From contig JARRQT010000082.1 in NCBI GenBank assembly GCA_037381445.1, forward strand, positions 1 to 20,967: DNA of 20,967 nt, given 5' to 3'. The notes beneath the pieces are model-generated. The model was given only the letters and a program-made list of their open reading frames with translations. It searched no databases and was not told the origin of the DNA. The position numbers were made by a program, and so were the translations under genes. This DNA is from Calditrichia bacterium. GTDB taxonomy: Bacteria > Calditrichota > Calditrichia > RBG-13-44-9. Shown here one piece after another: positions 8,894 to 16,424 of the stretch (position 1 is its first letter; each line of letters opens with the position of its first letter).

Positions 8894-9917
8894 AAAACAA
8901 AACCTTTCCCAAAAACAGTTTTCTTACCCGGTTTATCAATTCCTTTAGCGCAGTCTCCACCTTATTAAGAAGCTCCTGGCTGTAAAGTTTCCCGACCAGA
9001 CTCTCCCGCGCTTTCTCTCCCGCTTCCCGGAAGGCTTTCAGGTTTTCCGGCGGAATGGTGATGATCTGCATCCCGTTCTGCTTCATGAGCGTAATGGATT
9101 CCGCATTGTCCTTACGGCTTAGCTGCACCAGCTTCTGCATGTATTCGCGGCCTTTGTCCCGCAGGATTTTCTGATAATCTGCCGGAATTTTGTCAAAAGC
9201 ACGTTTGGAGATCAGGACTGCACCCGAGGCATCCGCCAGTGGATCATCCATCATGTATTTCAAGCGGGTATACCATTGCAGCGAAACACACGCCAGCGGG
9301 GAGGTATAAACGGCATCCAGCAGATTTGTCTGCAGTGAGGTCAAAACATCCGTGATTGAGAGCGGAATCGGGCTGACGCCCAGCGCATTGAAAGTGGCCT
9401 CGGCAACCGGATCGCCTTCCCACATCCACATTTTAATTCCTTTTAAATCCTGCAGGGACCTGATGGGTGTATTGGCAAACACATAAACAAAACCCACTTC
9501 TGTCCAGCCGATCAAAACATACCCGGCATCTTCAAATCTTTTCGAGAAATCATCATAGAGCAGTTTGGTGATGTAATCCACCTCTTCATAATTGCGGAAC
9601 AGGAACGGCGTATCCAGAATCCGCGCTTCCGGCAGAATTTCCCCGAGTCCGACACCCGTGAAGCCCGCACTCTGCAACTGCCCCAGACGGATTTTGCGGA
9701 GAACATCTTTTTCATCACCCTGAATTCCACCGGGATAAATCTTGAATTTTACCTGACCATTGGTCAGTTTCTGCACATCCTGATTGTACTCATCCATTAC
9801 CTTCAGCCAGGTGGAGCCTTCAGGCGCCAGGGTCGCAAATTTGATAGTGTATTTCTGTGAAAAACCCATATTCAGCAGGAACAGCAATGACAGCAGCGTT
9901 AAAATTGTTGTTTTCAC
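8769..9917 (-). CDS. dctP: TRAP substrate-binding protein of TPAT type (TatP/DctP); C-terminus apparently read through into dctQ
   Basis: GTG start after AGAGGAG; Sec signal peptide; IKFATLAPEGSTW, FKIYPGGIQGDE, PFLF, DLKGIKMW, SLQTNLLDA. DctP-like sequence ends near residue 327 (about nt 8937). Confidence 0.9.
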   Translation of the reverse strand: MKTTILTLLSLLFLLNMGFSQKYTIKFATLAPEGSTWLKVMDEYNQDVQKLTNGQVKFKIYPGGIQGDEKDVLRKIRLGQLQSAGFTGVGLGEILPEARILDTPFLFRNYEEVDYITKLLYDDFSKRFEDAGYVLIGWTEVGFVYVFANTPIRSLQDLKGIKMWMWEGDPVAEATFNALGVSPIPLSITDVLTSLQTNLLDAVYTSPLACVSLQWYTRLKYMMDDPLADASGAVLISKRAFDKIPADYQKILRDKGREYMQKLVQLSRKDNAESITLMKQNGMQIITIPPENLKAFREAGEKARESLVGKLYSQELLNKVETALKELINRVRKLFLGKVLFYEKSVVRNRCGIILCGKFTDYPDSGSDGDSRLPAGAAPQFF

Positions 9918-10018
9918 TGTATTCTCCTCTATGTTTACAAAAGGATATTCCGAATTTAAATGATTCTGTTTTAGACAAACGCCTTCACGGACCAGGCCGG
10001 ATCCCGGTCATTTCTTTT

Positions 10019-10882
10019 CTAAAAAAGCTCTTCCTTTTCGCTGAGCAGCTGGCGCGCTTTTGCTTTGGCAATGGAAGTAATGAGCTCATAGCCCGGCAGG
10101 ACATCCGCAGGCGCCGCCAGAACGGTGTTCAGATATTTGTCGAACAACTGTTCATCCAGCGTGGGCTGCGCATAATAACGGGCCATGTAAACATAGGCCA
10201 GCATAAAGCGTCCGTCACTGATCTGCAGGGTGCGGTCGAACTCCTCTTTCGCCTTATCGGGATTCCCGCCCAACATTTTGGGCAGAGCGCCATAAATGCC
10301 GCCGAAAAACAGATGGGAAGCGCCAAAGAAATAACCCTCGTCCAGCTTTTGCACCCGGTTCATCATGGCCTTCACTTTTCCCAGATCAAAGATGGCGCGG
10401 GGATTATCCTTGCTCAAATTGATCCAGCCGCCCCAGGCAAAGGCCGTCCAGAATATGGCCGGCACATCTTTTTTATTCAGCTGGGAAAGTTTTTTTATAA
10501 ACAGATCTTCATTGATGGGAATACTATCCCGAAACGCATCCGTGGTTTTCAGCAGCTTGAAACCGTAATCACGGGCGCGGAGATAAAACATCTGTGCGCG
10601 CGAAACGCTTTCATCCTCGATAAATCCGAGGCTGTAGCTGGCATATCCCTGGGTGAGCATCAGCATAACATCTTTATTTCCGGTATCCGCCAGATAGAGA
10701 CCGTCAAGCAGCTTCAAATCGGAGGAGATGGCCTGTTCGGCAATGTCCATATCCGGTTCCTGGTAGATGGCATCGATACCGTAGAACAACAAGCCGGTGG
10801 TGGAGCGTAGCGCAATCTTCTGCAAACTGCATCCACTCAGAAGCAGCATACCCGTCAGCGCAAAAGCAAGATATTTGAACAT
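10019..10882 (-). CDS. tatT: TatT-family TPR-like lipoprotein (T component of TPAT transporter)
   Basis: Lipobox LSGC at Cys18; Y..Y..GFIE, RA..FYLRARDYG, FWTAFAWGGWI, LDEGYFFG...LFFG......PKMLGG..DKAKEEF; directly upstream of dctPQM. Confidence 0.85.
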   Translation of the reverse strand: MFKYLAFALTGMLLLSGCSLQKIALRSTTGLLFYGIDAIYQEPDMDIAEQAISSDLKLLDGLYLADTGNKDVMLMLTQGYASYSLGFIEDESVSRAQMFYLRARDYGFKLLKTTDAFRDSIPINEDLFIKKLSQLNKKDVPAIFWTAFAWGGWINLSKDNPRAIFDLGKVKAMMNRVQKLDEGYFFGASHLFFGGIYGALPKMLGGNPDKAKEEFDRTLQISDGRFMLAYVYMARYYAQPTLDEQLFDKYLNTVLAAPADVLPGYELITSIAKAKARQLLSEKEELF

Positions 10883-10908
10883 TCATCCGCTCCATTTAAA
10901 TAGTTAAA

Positions 10909-10937
10909 AATATGAGAATAGCACAGTTAATATGCAA
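10909..10937 (-). promoter_or_regulatory. Candidate sigma70 promoter for the tatT-dctPQM operon
   Basis: Minus strand TTGCAT (10937-10932), 17-nt spacer, CATATT (10914-10909). Confidence 0.4.
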
Positions 10938-10947
10938 GCCGGAATTG

Positions 10948-10967
10948 TTTTTGTCGAGTGACAAAAA
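10948..10967. promoter_or_regulatory. Perfect 8-4-8 palindrome, candidate transcription-factor site
   Basis: TTTTTGTC-GAGT-GACAAAAA, 10 bp upstream of the candidate tatT -35 box. Confidence 0.4.
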
Positions 10968-10984
10968 TCCGCCGGAAAACGGGA

Positions 10985-11752
10985 TTAAAAGCCGTAAACC
11001 GTGAATCCTCCGTCTACCGCCAGACACTGGCCGGTTATATAGGAAGAGGCCGGCATACACAGAAAAGCCGTGGCAGCGGCAACTTCATCGGGCTCGCCAA
11101 TTCTGTTCATGGGCGTTCTTTGCAGAACTTCACGATAGTAATGCGGATCTTTCAGCTTCTGTTCCGCCAGAGGAGTGCGGATATACCAGGGCGCGATCAT
11201 GTTGACCCGGATATTGTCCACCGCCCACTCCACAGCGAGATTTTTGGTCAGTTGAAGCATGGCCGCTTTGGTCATGCCGTAGGGAGCACCGGTACGCAAA
11301 TGGGTCAGTCCCGCGACGCTTCCCATATTAACAATTGCCCCATTCCCCGCCTTTCTCAGAAATGGATATGCCAGACGGCACATCGCAAAGGTGGAATTCA
11401 GGTTGGTATTCATAATGAACTGATATTCCTCTTCGGAATACTCCAGCGCGCGCTTCCGGATATTCGTCCCGGCATTGTTTACCAGAATGTCCAGAGACCG
11501 GAAATCACGGCCGAATATCTCAAAAATCGCTGTCCGTCCCTCCGGCAGACTGACATCCGCCGCACACCCGGCAGCATTCCAGCCCTGTTCCTTCCAACTG
11601 CGCAGGCATTTCCGGATATCGCCTTCCGTCCGTGCGACAATAAAAACAGCTGCCCCCAGGCTCAGGAATTCCTCCGCGATCGCTTTTCCCAGCCCTTGAG
11701 TGCCGCCGGTGATTATTGCCATTTTTCCCTGCAGACTCCATTTTGAATTCAT
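10985..11752 (-). CDS. Short-chain dehydrogenase/reductase, tropinone-reductase-like
   Basis: [30 protein letters not shown], catalytic S and [43 protein letters not shown]. Confidence 0.92.
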   Translation of the reverse strand: MNSKWSLQGKMAIITGGTQGLGKAIAEEFLSLGAAVFIVARTEGDIRKCLRSWKEQGWNAAGCAADVSLPEGRTAIFEIFGRDFRSLDILVNNAGTNIRKRALEYSEEEYQFIMNTNLNSTFAMCRLAYPFLRKAGNGAIVNMGSVAGLTHLRTGAPYGMTKAAMLQLTKNLAVEWAVDNIRVNMIAPWYIRTPLAEQKLKDPHYYREVLQRTPMNRIGEPDEVAAATAFLCMPASSYITGQCLAVDGGFTVYGF

Positions 11753-11802
11753 AACAATATATATCCTGAATTATTCGATAAATTTCCGGACAGATCAACA
11801 TT

Positions 11803-12729
11803 TCAATTATGGTTTTCTACGGCCGGGCGCTCCTGCTTTTTCACCAAACCTTCTTCCGGGCACTGGTTACATTCAAACTGCAGAGTTATATGGGAAATCC
11901 CGAATTTATCCTTCACAAGCTTCTCGATCTTCTGTCGGACAAGATCGCCCTCGCTGATTTTCATATCCTGCACATTTACATGCCCTTCCATGTGGATGTC
12001 ATTTTCTCCCACCATCCAGAGATGAATGTGATGGATATCCCGGACCTCGGGCAAATTTTCGATCAGGTCACGCAAATCCTCGGGAGAAATGTTTTCGGGG
12101 GCTCCTTCCATCAACACATGGACGGATTGCGTTAATATCTGAAAGCTCTCCTTCAAAATATAGAGCCCGATCAGAATGGTCAGCACCGGATCTACCCAGT
12201 ATACGTTCCAGGCCAGGATAGCAATTCCTCCCACCAATACCCCCAGCGAGGAAATCACATCCGCAAAAAGATGGAGATAGGTCGAACGGATATTCATACT
12301 GTCCCTGGAATCCCGCCTCAGGAGCAAAACTCCCAGAATATTGGCCACCAGCCCCACGGAGGCGACCACAGTCATGATAGTGCCCTGAATGGGATGCGGG
12401 TGCAGGAAGCGCTCCACTGCTTCATAGAAAAGGTAAATGGAAATCCCGATCAGCACCGAGGCATTGATAACGGCGGCAAATATTTCCGCCCTCTTCAGCC
12501 CAAAAGTATGCCGGTAGGAAGACTGATGTTCCTTTAATCTCAGGGCAATGTAACTGATGATCACTGCCACCGCATCGCTGAAATTATGCATGGCATCGGA
12601 GATGAGCGATAAACTTCCCGATACGATTCCGCCGACAATTTCCGCTGCAGTAATCAGGATATTCAACATCATGGTAAGAAATAACCGCTTACCGGTGCTG
12701 TCTGCGATATGCAAATGATCATGTGCCAT
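11803..12729 (-). CDS. Cation diffusion facilitator (CzcD/ZitB-like Zn/Co exporter)
   Basis: SLSLISDAMHNFSD (TM2), TFGLKRAE, YLHLFAD (TM5) forming an HD-HD transport site; C-terminal IHHIHLW and HITLQFE; His-rich N-terminus. Confidence 0.93.
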   Translation of the reverse strand: MAHDHLHIADSTGKRLFLTMMLNILITAAEIVGGIVSGSLSLISDAMHNFSDAVAVIISYIALRLKEHQSSYRHTFGLKRAEIFAAVINASVLIGISIYLFYEAVERFLHPHPIQGTIMTVVASVGLVANILGVLLLRRDSRDSMNIRSTYLHLFADVISSLGVLVGGIAILAWNVYWVDPVLTILIGLYILKESFQILTQSVHVLMEGAPENISPEDLRDLIENLPEVRDIHHIHLWMVGENDIHMEGHVNVQDMKISEGDLVRQKIEKLVKDKFGISHITLQFECNQCPEEGLVKKQERPAVENHN

Positions 12730-12852
12730 AAGAAATCAAAATAATTTTTGCCAACCAAAAATCGTGTTAAGATAATAAATATTTCGTATCATACAAAATT
12801 CTAAATAAGAGAGACTCTCTCCGGCAGAGGTTCAGTCCAAAACTGATTTAAT

Positions 12853-12889
12853 AAAAACGGGTATCTCGGGGAGAACCAAAGATACCCGT
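12853..12889 (-). terminator. Rho-independent terminator after the NifX-family gene
   Basis: Perfect 10-bp stem ACGGGTATCT / AGATACCCGT (12857-12866, 12880-12889) running into a U-tract on the minus strand (A run 12853-12857). Confidence 0.75.
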
Positions 12890-12931
12890 CGCATTGTTTT
12901 TCAGATTTCGCCTGTACTAAATCAGATTAAT

Positions 12932-13342
12932 CTAGTGCATTCGTTCATCAATCAGGTTTTTGATCTTTCCTTCGGCATAGGCTGTGACTGCTTCTTCAAT
13001 GCTTTGGTAATCGGTGAGAATCACTTCAATTCCCTTAGCCTTGAAGCTGTTGACAGCGCCCATTCCCATACCGCCGGCAATCAGTACCTGGCAATCGGAG
13101 ATTTCCTCTGCCATGGCATCATGTCCGCGCATGGCTTCCGAAGAGGTTCCTCTGCCATGGTCCTCATGATGATGGTGATGATTGTGCTCGTGATGATGAA
13201 CGCCGAAATGGCCTGTTTTTCTTTCCCGCATTTCATTTCCGGTAATTTTGCCTTCTTCCACCGTGTAAATTTTAAAATAGCGGGAACGGCCAAAATGCTG
13301 GCTGACATGGTCACCGTTGTTGGTGACGACTGCGATTTTCAT
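12932..13342 (-). CDS. NifB/NifX-family (dinitrogenase FeMo-cofactor biosynthesis domain) protein with poly-His insert
   Basis: MKIAV, VSQHFGRSRYF.IY, DCQVLIAGGMGMGA...F...GIEV; insert HHHEHNHHHHHEDH; AGGAG RBS. Confidence 0.88.
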   Translation of the reverse strand: MKIAVVTNNGDHVSQHFGRSRYFKIYTVEEGKITGNEMRERKTGHFGVHHHEHNHHHHHEDHGRGTSSEAMRGHDAMAEEISDCQVLIAGGMGMGAVNSFKAKGIEVILTDYQSIEEAVTAYAEGKIKNLIDERMH

Positions 13343-13383
13343 GATTTACTCCTTTTTTAAATGTTTTAGTAATGAGAATACTA

Positions 13384-13728
13384 TTAAACCTGGATAAAAT
13401 CCCGGTTCTGATCGAGCCACTTTTGAATAATGTCGGTGGCAATTTTAACAAGCTCGTAGACGCTCTCGTCGGCCACCGCAAAATACAGCATGACCCCTTC
13501 CTTGCGCGCCTTCACCAGACCCACATTCCGCAAAAGCATCAAATGGCGTGAAACCACTGAAGAATCTATTTCCATTGCTTCATTCAGGTCCGCTGACGAT
13601 TTTTCCCCTTCTTTCAACAAAGAGAGTATTTTTAGCCGCTGATCACTGGCCAGTGCCGCGAAAAAGCGGCTGCGGGGATCCATCATCCCTCCCATCCAAT
13701 GACGGTTCATACCCATTCCCCTTGGCAT
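13384..13728 (-). CDS. ArsR/SmtB-family transcriptional repressor
   Basis: FAALAS..RLKIL.LL..GE, VSRHL..LR..GLV.ARKEG...YF winged HTH. Start moved from 13779 to ATG 13728 after AAAGGAG (13740-13734). Confidence 0.9.
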   Translation of the reverse strand: MPRGMGMNRHWMGGMMDPRSRFFAALASDQRLKILSLLKEGEKSSADLNEAMEIDSSVVSRHLMLLRNVGLVKARKEGVMLYFAVADESVYELVKIATDIIQKWLDQNRDFIQV

Positions 13729-13743
13729 AATTTCTCCTTTCGC

Positions 13744-13767
13744 ATTATTGCATAACTGTGCAATAAT
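13744..13767. promoter_or_regulatory. Inverted-repeat operator, probably bound by the adjacent ArsR
   Basis: ATTATTGCA-TAACTG-TGCAATAAT (perfect 9-6-9; 11-2-11 with one mismatch). It lies just upstream of the RBS and overlaps the candidate -10 (TATATT/TATTAT, 13770-13763); candidate -35 is TTGTTT at 13792-13787. Confidence 0.7.
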
Positions 13768-13953
13768 ATAATAATACAATTTTACAAAACAAGAACTTTT
13801 TAAAAATTTATCCTCCTTCCTGAATTAATAATGCCGTCGCTGGCATTTTCGTTTCCGGCGTGTTTTTCCCAAAATAATCATTGAATTAGGCAGGTTGTTG
13901 TCAATATTTTATAACTGAAGATTTCTTCTTGCTTTTTCGCTCTGAAACCGGTT

Positions 13954-14721
13954 ATGATCAGATTAGAAAATATATCAAAATCTTTTAACGGCACCCGGGC
14001 TCTTAAAAACCTTAGCCTGATTGTTCCGTCCGGCCGGACGACCGTTATTATCGGTCCCAGCGGCTGCGGGAAATCAACCCTAATTCGAGTTATCGTGGGG
14101 CTTATTAAACCGGACAGCGGAACCATCCACATTAATGACAACCTGCTTGATAGAAGTTCCGTGCGGGAATTGCGCCGGAATATCGGTTATGTCATTCAGG
14201 AGGGCGGGCTGTTTCCTCATCTGACTGCTGCCGGGAATATTTCGCTCATGGCAAAATATCTGGGATGGAAAAACGAAAAGATTCGTGACCGGCTGAGGGA
14301 ATTATGCGAACTGACTAAATTCCCGCGGGACGGTCTGAGCCGGTATCCTGTGCAGTTATCCGGCGGTCAGAATCAGCGGGTCAGTCTGATGCGAGCGCTC
14401 ATGCTGGATCCTGACACCCTTCTCTTGGACGAACCGCTTGGTGCGCTGGATCCCCTTATCCGCTATGAGCTGCAGACCGATTTGAAGGAAATATTCCGCA
14501 GCCTGAAAAGCACCGTGCTGCTGGTAACCCATGACATTGGGGAAGCCGCTTTCTTCGGGGATACAATTCTGATGGTACGGGACGGAGAAATCCTGCAGAA
14601 GGGCACCATTCAGGATCTCGTAAAACACCCCGCCGATCCGTTCGTCTCGCACTTCATCATGACCCAGCGCAGTCCCATGGAATTTCTGGAGAGCAGTGAA
14701 AATGAGAAAATTGCTGAATAG
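13954..14721 (+). CDS. Osmoprotectant (glycine betaine/choline/proline-type) ABC transporter ATPase
   Basis: Walker A GPSGCGKS, LRRNIGYVIQEGGLFPH, RYP.QLSGGQ.QRV, Walker B LLLDEP.GALDP, VTHD; no CBS domains. Confidence 0.92.
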   Translation: MIRLENISKSFNGTRALKNLSLIVPSGRTTVIIGPSGCGKSTLIRVIVGLIKPDSGTIHINDNLLDRSSVRELRRNIGYVIQEGGLFPHLTAAGNISLMAKYLGWKNEKIRDRLRELCELTKFPRDGLSRYPVQLSGGQNQRVSLMRALMLDPDTLLLDEPLGALDPLIRYELQTDLKEIFRSLKSTVLLVTHDIGEAAFFGDTILMVRDGEILQKGTIQDLVKHPADPFVSHFIMTQRSPMEFLESSENEKIAE

Positions 14722-16210
14722 AATTCTTTCCTGCACCCTGCTTTTGGCACTGTTTTCCTGCGGTTCGGCGCCGGAAGTCAAAATCGGCTCCAAAAAATTC
14801 ACTGAGTCGGTAACGCTGGCGGAAATCGCGGCCCAACTGGCAGGAAAAGTGGACCCCCATGTAAAACATTTGCGGGCGCTGGGCGGAACCCGCGTCCTGT
14901 GGGATGCCCTGGTGAAGGGTGATGTTGATCTGTATCCCGAATACACCGGCACCATCACCGAAGAAATCTTCGCAGGCCGTCATCTGCAGGGAGACCGGGA
15001 GATAAGAGAAGCGCTCGTCAAATACAATATTGTCATGAGCAATTCACTGGGATTTAGCGACAATTATGCGCTGGGCATGAAAAAAAGCCTGGCGGAGAGC
15101 CTTCACATTACGGCTATTTCGGACCTGAAAAAATATCCCGATCTGAAATTCGGTTTCAGCAATGAGTTTATGGATCGCGCGGACGGCTGGCCGGGCCTTA
15201 AAAACGCTTACCAGCTGCCGCAGAAAAATGTAGAGGGTCTGGAGCACGAACTGGCTTACCGGGCGCTGGCAAGCGGGGCCATCGCGGTCACCGATTTATA
15301 TTCCACAGACGCCAACATTCGCTACTATCATCTTATCACACTGAAAGATGACAAGCACTTTTTTCCGGAATATAAAGCGGTTTTTTTATACCGGGCCCAA
15401 CTTGAAAAAACGGCGCCAAAGGCATTGAAAGAAATGCTTAAACTGCAGGGTATGATTCCCGAGACAACCATGGTCAGATTGAACAAACTCGTAAAGATCG
15501 ACGGGATGTCCGAAAATCAAGTGGCATCGGATTTCATCCGGAAACATTTTGGGACCAGGACCGATTTTGAACAGATGACTTTTTTTCAACGGCTTTTTCT
15601 GCGCACCAAACAACATCTTTTTCTGGTTGCCATTTCCCTTTTTGCGGCGATCTTAATCTCCATTCCCCTGGGTATCATGGCTTTCCTGTGGCCCAAATCC
15701 GGTCAATTCATTCTGGGATTTGTGGGGGTTATTCAGACCATCCCCTCCCTCGCTTTGATTGTCTTCATGATCCCCCTGCTGGGAATCGGGAATGAACCGG
15801 CCATTGTGGCCCTGTTTCTTTACAGCCTGCTGCCCATTGTGAGAAATACTCATTCGGGGCTTAACGATATTGCAAGAGCCATTCGTGAATCCGCGGAAGC
15901 ACTGGGCCTTTCGGCTCCCGCCCGGTTACGCCTGGTGGAACTGCCGCTGGCTTCCCGGTCCATTCTCGCCGGGATCAAAACCTCCGCAGTCATTAATATC
16001 GGTACTGCGACCCTCGGCGCGCTCATCGGGGCAGGCGGATACGGGCAGCCCATTCTCACCGGCATCCGCCTCAACGACGTCGGGCTCATTCTGGAAGGCG
16101 CCGTGCCGGCAGCCGCACTGGCGCTACTGGTTCAGGGACTTTTCGAATTGCTGGAAATATATTTTGTGCCGAAGGGCCTGAGAATAAAATCGGAAATCGC
16201 AAACGGATGA
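14702..16210 (+). CDS. Osmoprotectant ABC transporter, fused substrate-binding domain (N) + permease (C)
   Basis: OpuAC/ProX-type SBP motifs IGSKKFTES, YPEYTGT, NYAL, EF.DRADG, YSTD, DDKHFFP.Y; permease motifs QTIPSLAL, LYSLLPIVRNT, EAA-like ESAEALG, VELPLA, IGAGGYG. ATG 14702 follows GGAGAG; overlaps the end of the ATPase gene. Confidence 0.92.
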   Translation: MRKLLNRILSCTLLLALFSCGSAPEVKIGSKKFTESVTLAEIAAQLAGKVDPHVKHLRALGGTRVLWDALVKGDVDLYPEYTGTITEEIFAGRHLQGDREIREALVKYNIVMSNSLGFSDNYALGMKKSLAESLHITAISDLKKYPDLKFGFSNEFMDRADGWPGLKNAYQLPQKNVEGLEHELAYRALASGAIAVTDLYSTDANIRYYHLITLKDDKHFFPEYKAVFLYRAQLEKTAPKALKEMLKLQGMIPETTMVRLNKLVKIDGMSENQVASDFIRKHFGTRTDFEQMTFFQRLFLRTKQHLFLVAISLFAAILISIPLGIMAFLWPKSGQFILGFVGVIQTIPSLALIVFMIPLLGIGNEPAIVALFLYSLLPIVRNTHSGLNDIARAIRESAEALGLSAPARLRLVELPLASRSILAGIKTSAVINIGTATLGALIGAGGYGQPILTGIRLNDVGLILEGAVPAAALALLVQGLFELLEIYFVPKGLRIKSEIANG

Positions 16211-16424
16211 ACGATATTCCCCATCGCACAAATTGAAGGACTGCAAATGTCCAACTCCAAATTAGGAGCAAATATTTTTTGAAAATTTAATTTTTTTGGA
16301 ATTTTAATTCATCTCAGAGCGGACTTTATTTAAGAATATCCATATCAAATCTCAATTAACTGAATTAAATTCCGATAATTAAAAGTAATAAAAACGCGGG
16401 ATTTTCCTGTAAAGGAGGAACACA

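Noticed and set aside
9990..10009. 7-bp stem-loop just after the tatT stop
   Set aside because: Short and without a U-tract; at most an mRNA-stabilising element, so not called
9857..10810. 317-aa plus-strand ORF
   Set aside because: Antisense to tatT and the dctP start; no recognisable domain; shadow ORF
10958..11746. 262-aa plus-strand ORF
   Set aside because: Antisense to the SDR; long antisense ORFs are common opposite SDR genes
12932..13342. NifX-family gene as evidence for nitrogen fixation
   Set aside because: No nifHDK/ENB in the window; the domain is widespread in non-diazotrophs
13729..13779. Track's longer ArsR N-terminus containing a Cys (MYYYIIAQLC...)
   Set aside because: It runs through the promoter, operator and RBS; ATG 13728 has the AAAGGAG RBS
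16211..16424. AT-rich intergenic region with imperfect spaced inverted repeat (GGAATTTTAATTC ... GAATTAAATTCC)
   Set aside because: Low-complexity AT sequence makes chance matches likely; no transposon or ncRNA hallmarks
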